A stretch of DNA of 64,000 nucleotides, from assembly GCA_019115305.1 (NCBI GenBank), contig DXDW01000130.1, positions 49 to 64,048 of the forward strand, given 5' to 3'. This document shows positions 1-8,892 of the stretch, one piece after another (the stretch's first letter is position 1; the number at the start of each line of letters is the position of its first letter). Source of the DNA: Candidatus Anaerofilum excrementigallinarum (GTDB taxonomy: Bacteria > Bacillota > Clostridia > Oscillospirales > Ruminococcaceae). A model generated the notes under the pieces. It had not been told where the DNA came from and ran no database searches. It was given only the letters and a program-made list of their open reading frames with translations. The translations under genes and the position numbers were made by a program.

Positions 1-1152
1 GTTCTCGGGTCCCATCATATAGACCATCTGCTTGTCCTCGGTGAGAGCGATCTCCACGTCGGGGGACAGGCCGGTGCCGTTGAAGCTGTTGCCGTTGCCG
101 GTGAGCAGAGCGGCCACGGTGATGGACACCGCCGAGCCGTCGCTGAGCTGCTGGGGCTCCCGCTGGATGGTGCCCTTGCCGTAGGTGGTGGTGCCCACCA
201 GCCGGGCCTTGCCGAACTCCTTGAGCTCGGCGGCGAACAGCTCGGCGGAGGAGGCGGTCTCCTCGTTGACCAGCACGGTCATGGGCAGATCGATCTGGTT
301 TTCATCCGACCAGCCCATCTCCTCCACGGTGCCGTCCTTGTACTGAGCCTGGGCCACGGTGCCCTCGGGGCAGAGGATGTCGATGCACTCCACAGCGCTG
401 GACAAAATGCCGCCGGCGTTGTCCCGCACATCAAACACAAAGCCCTTGGCTCCCTGGTCCATGAGCTGGTGCAAAGCGCTGTCGAAGTCGGAGGGGGTGC
501 TGTTGTTGAAGGAATTGATGCGGATATAGCCGTATCCGCTGGAAAGCAGCTGGAACTCCACGGTGGAGGCGTCAAATTTGCGGTGGGCCACCTGTACTTC
601 CTTGGTGGCGCTTTCGCTGTCCAGGTAGGTGATGGTCACGGTGGTGCCCTCCTCGTCCCGGAGCAGGTCCATCACCGTCTCCTTGGCAAGACCGCGCACC
701 TCGGTGCCGTCGATCTGGGTGATGTAGTTGCCCTTCTGGATGCCCACATCGGCGGCGGGCGAACCGCTGTACACCTTGGTCACCCAGGCGTAGCCCGAGG
801 AGGAATCCTTGACCACTTCCACGCCGATGCCCATAAGGGTGCCGTTCTGGATATCCAGCAGCTGGGCGTATTCGGTGGCGGTATAATAGGTGGCGTTGGG
901 ATCGTCGATGCCAAGGATATACCCGGCTCCCAGCATATCGTAGAGCTTCTGGTCGTCGATCTCGCCGTAATAGTTGTCACGGACATATTTGTCGATCTCG
1001 GCCAGCTTGGAATAGATCTGTTCCCGCTCTCGCACCGAGTTCATGGTAACGGTGAACCGCTGCTGGGACAATACAAAGGTGATGGAAAAGGTGACCGTCA
1101 TGGCGATGAGCGCCAGAGTGATGGCCAGACCAATGGAAATTTTTTTATTCAT
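1..1152 (-). CDS. S41 family carboxyl-terminal protease (PDZ + peptidase S41); 3' end runs off the window
   Basis: Not in ORF track; manual translation from ATG at 1152: MNKKISIGLAITLALIAM (TM), GIGVEV..SPAADVGI (PDZ), GYIRINSF, DVRDNAGG, TASSAELFA, TYGKGTIQ catalytic motifs. Confidence 0.93.
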   Translation of the reverse strand, partial: MNKKISIGLAITLALIAMTVTFSITFVLSQQRFTVTMNSVREREQIYSKLAEIDKYVRDNYYGEIDDQKLYDMLGAGYILGIDDPNATYYTATEYAQLLDIQNGTLMGIGVEVVKDSSSGYAWVTKVYSGSPAADVGIQKGNYITQIDGTEVRGLAKETVMDLLRDEEGTTVTITYLDSESATKEVQVAHRKFDASTVEFQLLSSGYGYIRINSFNNSTPSDFDSALHQLMDQGAKGFVFDVRDNAGGILSSAVECIDILCPEGTVAQAQYKDGTVEEMGWSDENQIDLPMTVLVNEETASSAELFAAELKEFGKARLVGTTTYGKGTIQREPQQLSDGSAVSITVAALLTGNGNSFNGTGLSPDVEIALTEDKQMVYMMGPEN

Positions 1153-1180
1153 ACTGCAACACTCCGCTTGTCAGGTGGGT

Positions 1181-1282
1181 TCAGCCCAGGCCCGCCAGCA
1201 CAGGGCCGGCCACGCTGAGGATCATCAGGGCGGCCAGGGCCAGACAGCCCCACCGCACCAGCGTCTTCTTTCTGTCTTTCAT
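1181..1282 (-). CDS. 33-aa small membrane protein / signal-peptide-like ORF
   Basis: GGAGG RBS, ATG, MKDRKKTLVRWGCLALAALMILSVAGPVLAGLG*, fills the ftsX-protease gap. Confidence 0.6.
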   Translation of the reverse strand: MKDRKKTLVRWGCLALAALMILSVAGPVLAGLG

Positions 1283-1298
1283 AGCTTTCCTCCCGGAA

Positions 1299-2207
1299 TC
1301 ACACATCGAGATAGCGGCGCATGGAGGTGATGGTTCCGATGCCGCCCAGCACCAGGCCAAAGACTACAAAGCCGCCGGTCACCCAGGGCCACACTGCCTG
1401 CACCGGCAGCAGCACGGCGGTCACCACTTCCTCCCAGCCTGCAAAATAGGCCGCGGCCTTCTGCAGAACCAGATGGTAGCCTCCCAGCACCAGCCCGGAG
1501 GCCAGCAGGCCGGCCACCACACCCACGGTCATGCCCTCCACAAAGAAGGGCATACGGATGAAGCTGTTGGTGGCGCCCACGAATTTCATGATATTGATTT
1601 CCTTGCGCCGGGCAAACACGGTGAGGCGGATGGTGTTGCTGATAACCACCGCGCTTACCACGCCCAGCACCGTCACCAGACCCCAGCTGATGATCTGCAC
1701 CCATTTCTGCACGTTGAGGAAGGTTTTCACCAGGCCGTCGGGGCTGTTCACCATCTCCACGCAGTCCAGGCTGCGGATCTCGTTGGCGATCTCCTCCATC
1801 CGGGCCGGGTCGGACACCCGCACGGTGTACTGGGCGTAGAGGGGATTTTCCTCGCCGGCCAGCTCATTGAACAGATAGGCGTATTCTCCCATGTCGCCGC
1901 TGAGCTGGTCCAGGGCCTCCTGCTTGGAGGTGTAGATGGCTTCGGCCACCCCGTCGATGGAACGGATCTGGGCGCCGGTGACCTCGTATTCGGTGTCGGT
2001 GGCGCTGCGGTCCAGCATCACCACCATCTCGTTTTCGCCTCCCAGCCATTCCATCAGGCTGTTGACGTTGGCGCTGAGAAGGCCGGTAAAGCCGGTGAGC
2101 AGCATGCAGACCAGCAGCACACCCAGAGAGGCCAAGGTCATCATCCGGTTGGCCAGCATGCTGTGCAGCCCCTGCCGGAACAGATATTTAAAGCTGGACC
2201 ACCTCAT
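1299..2207 (-). CDS. ftsX: Cell division permease-like protein FtsX
   Basis: N-terminal TM, extracellular loop, ISNTIRLTVFARRKEINIMKFVGAT..FIRMPF motif; overlaps ftsE stop. Confidence 0.95.
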   Translation of the reverse strand: MRWSSFKYLFRQGLHSMLANRMMTLASLGVLLVCMLLTGFTGLLSANVNSLMEWLGGENEMVVMLDRSATDTEYEVTGAQIRSIDGVAEAIYTSKQEALDQLSGDMGEYAYLFNELAGEENPLYAQYTVRVSDPARMEEIANEIRSLDCVEMVNSPDGLVKTFLNVQKWVQIISWGLVTVLGVVSAVVISNTIRLTVFARRKEINIMKFVGATNSFIRMPFFVEGMTVGVVAGLLASGLVLGGYHLVLQKAAAYFAGWEEVVTAVLLPVQAVWPWVTGGFVVFGLVLGGIGTITSMRRYLDV

Positions 2208-2944
2208 GCCATCACCTCCTCGTCAGCCGGCTGGGCCGGCGCCTGCTCGGGATCGGAGGCGGGCTCTTCCTCGTCGCAGCTGGGCAGATCGTCCGACACC
2301 ACCGACCCGTGGTTGATGGTGATGATCCGCTTGCCCAGCTGGTGGGCCAGTTCGTGCTCGTGGGTGACCACCACAACGGTGGTGCCCACGCTGTTGATCT
2401 TGTTCAGCAGCTCCATCATGGCCACCGACATCTCGGGGTCGATGTTGCCGGTGGGCTCGTCGGCGATGATGAGCTGGGGGCTGTGGGCCAGGGCCCGGGC
2501 CATGGCCACACGCTGCTGCTCGCCGCCGCTGAGGAGGGTGGGATAGGTGTTTTCCTTGCCCAGCAGACCCACCAGCTTCAGCACATAGGGCACGCGGCGG
2601 CGGATCTCGGATTCCTTGACGTTGGTCACCCGCATGGCAAAGGCCACGTTTTCATACACCGTCATGGTGGGGATGAGCCGGAAATCCTGGAACACCACAC
2701 CCATGCTGCGGCGCAGGTAGGGGATGCGGCGTTTTTTGATGTTGGAAAGGTCGAACCCGTTCACCAGAATGCGGCCGCTGGTGGCGGCCTCCTCGTGGAG
2801 GATGAGTTTGAGGAAGGTGGATTTGCCCGCGCCGGAATGGCCCAGCACAAAGACAAATTCCCCCTTTTTTATATGAAGATTCACGTCGTGCAGCGCTTCG
2901 CTGCCGCCGGGATAGGTCTTGTAGACATGTTCGAAACGGATCAT
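2204..2944 (-). CDS. ftsE: Cell division ATP-binding protein FtsE
   Basis: MIRFEHVYKTY start, GHSGAGKS, VVFQDFRLI, LSGGEQQRV, ADEPTGNID; start trimmed to ATG at 2944. Confidence 0.95.
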   Translation of the reverse strand: MIRFEHVYKTYPGGSEALHDVNLHIKKGEFVFVLGHSGAGKSTFLKLILHEEAATSGRILVNGFDLSNIKKRRIPYLRRSMGVVFQDFRLIPTMTVYENVAFAMRVTNVKESEIRRRVPYVLKLVGLLGKENTYPTLLSGGEQQRVAMARALAHSPQLIIADEPTGNIDPEMSVAMMELLNKINSVGTTVVVVTHEHELAHQLGKRIITINHGSVVSDDLPSCDEEEPASDPEQAPAQPADEEVMA

Positions 2945-3044
2945 AGGCAAAAACTCCCTGTTGCAGGGCCGGGCCGGTACGGCATAAAAAATGGGCGGCA
3001 CTTGCGCTCCGCCCATTTGCAGCCGGACCATTCCCGGCGTCCAG

Positions 3045-4130
3045 TCAATATTTGGCGGGATTGGCGTCCAGATACTTGCGCACCATCAGCGCTACCTTGA
3101 ATACAATCGCGTCGTCAAACTCCCGCAGATCCAGCCCGGTAAGCTTTTTGATCTTCTCCAGCCGGTACACCAGCGTATTGCGGTGGACAAACAGACCGCG
3201 GCTGGTTTCCGATACGTTGAGGTTGTTTTCAAAAAAGCGCTGGATGGTAAACAGCGTCTCGCTGTCCAGGCTCTCGATGCTGCCCTGCTTGAACACTTCC
3301 TTGAGGAACATATCGCAGAGGGTGGTGGGCAGCTGGTAGATCAGCCGGGCGATGCCCAGATGGTCGTAGCTGATGATGGTCTGCTCGGTGTCGAACACCT
3401 TGCCCACCTCCAGGGCGATCTGGGCCTCCTTGAAGCTGGTGGCCAGATCCTTGATGTTGGAGATGGCGGTGCCGATGCCCACCACAGATTTGATATAATG
3501 CTCGCCCGACAGGGTATCCACGATGCTGGAGGCCAGCTTTTCGATATCCCGCTGGTCAATGCCGCGCTTGATCTCCTTGACCAGCACGGTGTCGGTCTCG
3601 CTGATATTGAAAACAAAATCCTTCTGTTTATCGGGGAACAGGCCGCTCACCACGTCGTAGGCGGTGATGTCCTTGCTGCCCACCACCCGGATGAGCAGCA
3701 CCACCCGGAACACGTCGGTGGCAAAATGCAGCTCCCGGGCCTTGGCATAGATATCGCCAGGCAGGATGTTGTCCAGCACCACGTTTTTGATAAAGTTGGT
3801 CTTATCAAACTTTTCGTCGTAGTACTGCTTGATATTCTGCAGGCTGATGGCCACCAGCGCCGCGAAGCGGGAGGCCTCGTCGTCGGTGCCCTCCACAAAC
3901 ACAGCATAATCGTTTCGCTTGTTGGAGCTGAACTGGTGGTAGGTATACCCTTCGCTCACAAAGCTGTCGGCCGCGGTGGCGCGCTCGGCCGCAAACGCGG
4001 TGCGCACCTCGCCGATCATATTCAGATCAGAGGCGGCGATCACGGTCCCCGTCTCGTCGGTCACTCCGATGATGCGGTTCACCGCGTCCTTCATTTGGTA
4101 AACAACGCCTTGAAACACTCTGTTAGCCAT
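3045..4130 (-). CDS. CdaR/PucR family transcriptional regulator
   Basis: C-terminal HTH NLNVSETSRGLFVHRNTLVYRLEKIKKLTGLDL; typical position upstream of ftsEX in Clostridia. Confidence 0.9.
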   Translation of the reverse strand: MANRVFQGVVYQMKDAVNRIIGVTDETGTVIAASDLNMIGEVRTAFAAERATAADSFVSEGYTYHQFSSNKRNDYAVFVEGTDDEASRFAALVAISLQNIKQYYDEKFDKTNFIKNVVLDNILPGDIYAKARELHFATDVFRVVLLIRVVGSKDITAYDVVSGLFPDKQKDFVFNISETDTVLVKEIKRGIDQRDIEKLASSIVDTLSGEHYIKSVVGIGTAISNIKDLATSFKEAQIALEVGKVFDTEQTIISYDHLGIARLIYQLPTTLCDMFLKEVFKQGSIESLDSETLFTIQRFFENNLNVSETSRGLFVHRNTLVYRLEKIKKLTGLDLREFDDAIVFKVALMVRKYLDANPAKY

Positions 4131-4376
4131 ACAAACCGTTTCCCTTCTTGCGGCTTCCGAGAGGGTCTGCCGCTATAATAGTGAATTTGAACAATTCGCC
4201 CATTCAATTACCTTCTATTTTACACAATAAAATCGGCTTTTGCAACATATTTAAACAAAAAAATACATCCATTATTGTGTAATTTTGAAGCGGCGGGAAC
4301 TCCGGTCCGTATATTGTTCAGTTTAGCAGCAAAGTGTGTGCATTTTTTGAACAAATGGCCGCATTTCCCGCATTTT

Positions 4377-5108
4377 TCAGCCCTTTTTGACCCTTTCGGC
4401 CGCTCCTTTTTCTTCCAGCAGGGCAAACTCGGCGGCGGAAAGCTGCCGCCAGGCGCCGGGAGCCAGGCTGTCATCCAGCCAAAGTCCCCCCATCCGCAGC
4501 CGGTGCAGACCGTCCACCCCTGCGCCGTACACGCCGAACATCCGCTTGATCTGGTGGTAGACCCCCTGGGTGAGGGTCACCCGGGCCTGGAGGGGCTCGC
4601 CTTCCACCGGCTCGGCCCGGGCGGGGGCCAGCTTCTGGCCGTCGGCCAGCGTCACCCCCTGGGCAAAGCCCTGGCACATTTCCGGGGTGAGGGGGGTATC
4701 CAAGGTGACCAGATACTCCTTTTCCACATGCCGCCGGGGGGAGAGGATGCGGTGGGCAAAGGCGCCGTCATCGGTGAGCAGCACAAAGCCGGTGCTGGTC
4801 TTGTCCAGCCTGCCGGCAGGAAACAGCTGCCGCCGGGGGAACTCCCCCGCCACCAGGTCCACCACCGTGGTGTCCCGACGGTCGGTGCTGGCGCTCACCA
4901 CCCCCTGGGGCTTGTTGAGCATGATATAGACAAACTGCTGCCGGTCCAGCTGGCCGCCCCCCGCCTGGACGGTGTCGGCGTCGGTGATCTGGCGGTCGGC
5001 CTGGCGGCAGACCTGGCCGTTCACCGAAACCGTGCCCTTGGCGATGCGCTGCCGGGCCTGGGCCCGGGACAGCTGCAGAGCGTCGCTGATATATTTGTCC
5101 AGCCGCAC
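4377..5108 (-). CDS. rsuA: RsuA-family rRNA pseudouridine synthase
   Basis: S4 domain MRLDKYI, YIMLNKPQG, AGRLDKTSTG catalytic Asp, GVYHQIKRMF. Confidence 0.85.
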   Translation of the reverse strand: MRLDKYISDALQLSRAQARQRIAKGTVSVNGQVCRQADRQITDADTVQAGGGQLDRQQFVYIMLNKPQGVVSASTDRRDTTVVDLVAGEFPRRQLFPAGRLDKTSTGFVLLTDDGAFAHRILSPRRHVEKEYLVTLDTPLTPEMCQGFAQGVTLADGQKLAPARAEPVEGEPLQARVTLTQGVYHQIKRMFGVYGAGVDGLHRLRMGGLWLDDSLAPGAWRQLSAAEFALLEEKGAAERVKKG

Positions 5109-5306
5109 GGCTGCGCCTCCTTTGCAGGGGCCCGGCGACAGGGCCAGGCAAAAAAAGTATAGTATCGTTTATATTTTACACGATTTTGGGCGTTTTGTAC
5201 ACCTCCAATCTTTTCTTTTGGAATAAAAAAGAGATAAAAAAGCGGGCCGCCTTCCCGCTGGAGGGGGAAGACGGCCTGGAAAACCGTCGGCAGCACCCGG
5301 CGGCGG

Positions 5307-5993
5307 TCAGTCGATGGGCATGGCTCCCACGTCCTCCAGAGGCTGTTCGGCATCCTGCTGGACAGCGGCGTCCGGGGCGGCGGGGTCCTGGGTCACGGCG
5401 GTATCAGGGGCGGCGGCATCCTGCTGCGCGGCGGCGTCCGGAGCGGCGGGGTCGGCGGTCTCGGTATCCATCACCGCCGGGTCGTTCACCGTTTCCAGAG
5501 GCGCCGCGGCGGCAGAGGCGGTGGTGAGGGCGGTCACCTCTCCCGAAGGCTGCTGGAGCATATAGGCCCCCACCGCTTCCTTCTTATATACCAGCATGAC
5601 GCCGTAGGTCTTCTGGTCGCCGGCGGAAGCCGAGGGGGACAGCATCATCCACTTCTCCACCGTTTTCCCCTTGTAGTTCTGCAGGCTCAGGCCGCATTTT
5701 TCGATCTCGGCGTTGAAGGCGGTGAAGCTCTCGTCCCAGCTGCGGGGCACCTTCACCTTATCCATGGTCACGGTGGCGGGGTCCATCTCCAGGCCGTAGG
5801 CGGTGAAAAAGGAGGCCATGTCCTGGGTGCTCTCCATATGGGTGGAGGCGGCGGGCTGCACCGAAGCCGTCTGGGCCGTATCCCGGTTGAAATGGCCGTT
5901 CAGGGCGAACACCGCCCCGGCCAGCACCACGCCGCAGCCGGCGGCAAGGGCCACCCGCTTGAGCAGCCGGCGGTTCAAGGTCAATACAAACAT
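5307..5993 (-). CDS. Membrane-anchored DUF4830-like protein with repetitive acidic Ala-rich tail
   Basis: GGAGG RBS before MFVLTLNR, single TM, V.VP..WDE.F..FN......G.SL..YKGKTVE pattern; family name from recall. Confidence 0.65.
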   Translation of the reverse strand: MFVLTLNRRLLKRVALAAGCGVVLAGAVFALNGHFNRDTAQTASVQPAASTHMESTQDMASFFTAYGLEMDPATVTMDKVKVPRSWDESFTAFNAEIEKCGLSLQNYKGKTVEKWMMLSPSASAGDQKTYGVMLVYKKEAVGAYMLQQPSGEVTALTTASAAAAPLETVNDPAVMDTETADPAAPDAAAQQDAAAPDTAVTQDPAAPDAAVQQDAEQPLEDVGAMPID

Positions 5994-6063
5994 CTGGCGA
6001 TTCCTCCCCAATCCTGGTTGTGGGCGCCGGCAAAGCGGCGCCTGTTTTGCGGTTGCTGGTAGC

Positions 6064-6093
6064 AGTATATGCCCCCTGCCGGGGCGGATATGC
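6064..6093 (-). promoter_or_regulatory. Sigma-E-like sporulation promoter
   Basis: Minus strand GCATAT-N16-CATATACT upstream of the DUF4830-like gene. Confidence 0.5.
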
Positions 6094-6195
6094 CCCTCGG
6101 TGTTCCCCCGGCGGGCAAAATATGCTATACTGTTGACAGTTCCATACCGGCTTTGCGGGTGTAATACCCGCACCGGATATTACAGCCAGGAAAAG

Positions 6196-6258
6196 TTTTC
6201 CACCTTTTCCACAGAGTTTTCAACATCGGCTCCACAGGAGCCCCGAGTTTTCAACATC
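6196..6258 (+). promoter_or_regulatory. Cluster of DnaA-box-like 9-mers in coaX leader
   Basis: TTTTCCACC, TTTTCCACA, TTTTCAACA, GGCTCCACA, TTTTCAACA in the same orientation. Confidence 0.5.
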
Positions 6259-6277
6259 AACCGGGAGGTTTTTCGCC

Positions 6278-7051
6278 ATGATCCTAGCAATCGACATTGG
6301 AAATACCAACATTGTACTGGGGGGATACCGGGACGGCCAGCTGGAATTCACCACCCGCATCGCCACCGACCGCAGCCTCCAGGCCGACCAGTACGCTTTG
6401 GAGATCGCGGGCATTCTGCGGCTTTACCATGTGGAATCGGAGTCCATCGAGGGCGCGGTGATCTCCTCGGTGGTGCCCAGCCTCACCCATTCCCTGGAGC
6501 GGGCGGTGCGGCTGTTCGCCCCGGTGGAGCCGGTGATCCTGCGCCATGACAGCGACACCGGGGTGCAGGTGTGCATCGACAACCCCGCCCAGCTGGGAGC
6601 GGATATTCTGGCCAGCGCCGTGGCGGTGAAGGAAAAGTGGCCCCTGCCCGCAGTGGTGATCGACATGGGCACCGCCACCACCCTCACCGCCCTGGACAAG
6701 GAGGGCGCGGTGCAGGGAGTATCCATCATGCCCGGTGTATTCATCGGTCTGGACGCCCTCACCGGCCGCACCAGCCTTTTGCAGGGCATCGCCCTGGAAG
6801 CCCCCGCCCGGGCCATCGGCAAAAACACCGCCGACAGCATGAAAAGCGGCGTGATCTTTGGTGCGGCGGCCATGCTGGACGGCATGCTGGACCGCTTTGA
6901 GGCGGAACTGGGGGGCCCCGCCACCTGCATCGCCACCGGCGGTGTGGCCGAGCTGATCGTGCCCTGCTGCCGCCACCAGATCGCTCTGTGCGACACCTTG
7001 CTGCTGGACGGGCTGTATCTGCTCTACCTGCGCCAGAAAGACAAGCAATAA
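6278..7051 (+). CDS. coaX: Type III pantothenate kinase
   Basis: ILAIDIGNTNIVLG, ISSVVP, LGAD, VIDMGTATT, IGKNT, IATGG. Confidence 0.95.
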   Translation: MILAIDIGNTNIVLGGYRDGQLEFTTRIATDRSLQADQYALEIAGILRLYHVESESIEGAVISSVVPSLTHSLERAVRLFAPVEPVILRHDSDTGVQVCIDNPAQLGADILASAVAVKEKWPLPAVVIDMGTATTLTALDKEGAVQGVSIMPGVFIGLDALTGRTSLLQGIALEAPARAIGKNTADSMKSGVIFGAAAMLDGMLDRFEAELGGPATCIATGGVAELIVPCCRHQIALCDTLLLDGLYLLYLRQKDKQ

Positions 7052-7066
7052 TCCCCTTAAAACAGC

Positions 7067-7120
7067 AAAAAGCCGGTCTCCCCTTCCCTTTTGGGAAACG
7101 GGGAGACCGGCTTGTTTTTT
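7067..7120. terminator. Bidirectional intrinsic terminator
   Basis: AAGCCGGTCTCCCC...GGGGAGACCGGCTT stem flanked by A and T runs, between convergent genes. Confidence 0.85.
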
Positions 7121-7134
7121 GTATAGGGTCCGGT

Positions 7135-8892
7135 TCAGGCCGCATACTCCATGCCGCCGCCGGACAGCTGGCTTTCCAGGAATTCAGCGCATTCCCGGAT
7201 GCGCCCCTTTTCAAAGGGAGAGGCGATGCCGGCGCTCTGCAGGAAACTCTCAAAGCTCTGGTTGCGATCGGTGCGCAGCAGCTGCAGCCAGGCTTCCAGC
7301 CCGGCGCCCTCCTCCTCGTCCTCCATCCGGCCCAGCTCCAGGGCCGCGGTGGCGCTGGTGACATAGCTGACGGTGTAGAAGGGGGAATCAAACAGGTGGG
7401 TGATCTCAAACCAGCTGGGGTCCATCTCACCGAAAATGGTGTAGTAGCCGTATTCCGCCAGCACCTGGCTGTACAGACGGCCCAGGTCCTCGGCGTCGGC
7501 GTTCTCGTCCAGCTCGTAGGCTTCCAGCTGGAACTCCTCCAGCGCCGCCTGGTAGGTGATGACCTGGAGCATATTGCTCTGTATGGCCACCCGCACCCCT
7601 TCGGCGTCGGCCCCCAGCTGATTGGCCAGCCGGTCCCGCAGCACCTGTTCCAAACCCTGGGAGAAGGTCTCGCACTTGTCCAGGTCGGTGGAATGGGCCT
7701 CGTTGCCGAACTGGGTGTAATCGTCCATGGCGTGGCCGAACTCATGGATCAAAGTGAAGGCGTCGTCCAAAGTATCCCCCCAGTAGGTGTAGATGAAGGG
7801 GGCGTCGTAGGCCGCCAGGCTGGTGGTGAAGCCGATGCCGCTCTGCTTGTCGGCGGCGGGTTCCAGGCTGTACAGGCCGTATTCGGTCAGAAAGTTCCAG
7901 CCCTCGGCCAGCCGGCTGTCTGTATCGGCCAGCAAAGTCTCCACCGCGTCCACCCCTTCCTCCAAAGACAAAGACTGGCTCATGGCGGAGCTGGAGGCGT
8001 TTTCGGCCAGCAGAGGCACCACCCAGGTCTTGATCTCCTTAAACATCTCCCGGGCATCGTCGGGGGTGTAGTCCCGGCCGTACCAGTCGTACCGCCACTG
8101 GGCGGCATCGTCGTAGCCGCAGGCGGCCGCCGCCTGCTTGTCCAGAGCGATCATCTCCAGATAGATGTCGGCAAACTGCTGGTAATTGCCCAGGTAGTAA
8201 TCCCCGATGGCGGTATAGAAATCCTCCATGGAGATATCGGGGTCATTGAGCACCTCTTCCATGCGCCGCTCTTCCCCGTTGACCTCCACCCGCAGATTGC
8301 TCAGCAGCTGGTTGTACTCGCTGTCCAGCTCGGCCCGGCGCTGCAGGGGTTCCAGGGCGACAGGGTCGCTGGATGCCAGCTGTTTGTCCATCTGGGCGGC
8401 CACGTATGTCCCGGCATCGGCCCGGTAGGCCTCGGCCAGATGGCTGTCCATCACCGCCCGCAAATAGTCGCTGACCGCCTGGCTTACTTCCTCCCCCTGG
8501 ACGCTGAACTCCTGGCTGCGCTGCCGGGCATTCTCGTCGGAGGAGTGGAGATAGCTTTCCAGCTGAGCCAGGGAACTGCTGGTGGAAAACACCTCCAGTT
8601 CGCTGTTGAGGGCTTCCTCGGCCTCCAGCAGCTGGTCCAGGCTTTCCATACTGTCCACCTGCCCGGCCAGATCCCGCAGCTTTTGGGCCAGCTCGGGGCC
8701 GTTGGCCTCGCCGATCTCCATCTGGTCATAGGCCACGGTGCGCCGCTGGGAATTGGGCTTGGGCTGGATGGTGGCCGCCGAGCCGGAGGATGCGGCCCGG
8801 CCGCAGCCGGCCAGCAGCAGACAGCCGGCCAGCAGCACCGCCAGCTTACCGGTAATAGGCCGGCGGGGTCTCGTATTCAAAAATAATGGCAT
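7135..8892 (-). CDS. M3-family (oligoendopeptidase F-like) zinc peptidase, predicted lipoprotein
   Basis: Lipobox LLLAGC, TLIHEFGHA zinc motif, downstream ETFS, HLFDSPFYTVSY. Confidence 0.8.
   Translation of the reverse strand: MPLFLNTRPRRPITGKLAVLLAGCLLLAGCGRAASSGSAATIQPKPNSQRRTVAYDQMEIGEANGPELAQKLRDLAGQVDSMESLDQLLEAEEALNSELEVFSTSSSLAQLESYLHSSDENARQRSQEFSVQGEEVSQAVSDYLRAVMDSHLAEAYRADAGTYVAAQMDKQLASSDPVALEPLQRRAELDSEYNQLLSNLRVEVNGEERRMEEVLNDPDISMEDFYTAIGDYYLGNYQQFADIYLEMIALDKQAAAACGYDDAAQWRYDWYGRDYTPDDAREMFKEIKTWVVPLLAENASSSAMSQSLSLEEGVDAVETLLADTDSRLAEGWNFLTEYGLYSLEPAADKQSGIGFTTSLAAYDAPFIYTYWGDTLDDAFTLIHEFGHAMDDYTQFGNEAHSTDLDKCETFSQGLEQVLRDRLANQLGADAEGVRVAIQSNMLQVITYQAALEEFQLEAYELDENADAEDLGRLYSQVLAEYGYYTIFGEMDPSWFEITHLFDSPFYTVSYVTSATAALELGRMEDEEEGAGLEAWLQLLRTDRNQSFESFLQSAGIASPFEKGRIRECAEFLESQLSGGGMEYAA

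Noticed and set aside
6196-6258. Replication origin (oriC)
   Set aside because: No dnaA/dnaN neighbours and no AT-rich unwinding element; kept only as a DnaA-box-like cluster
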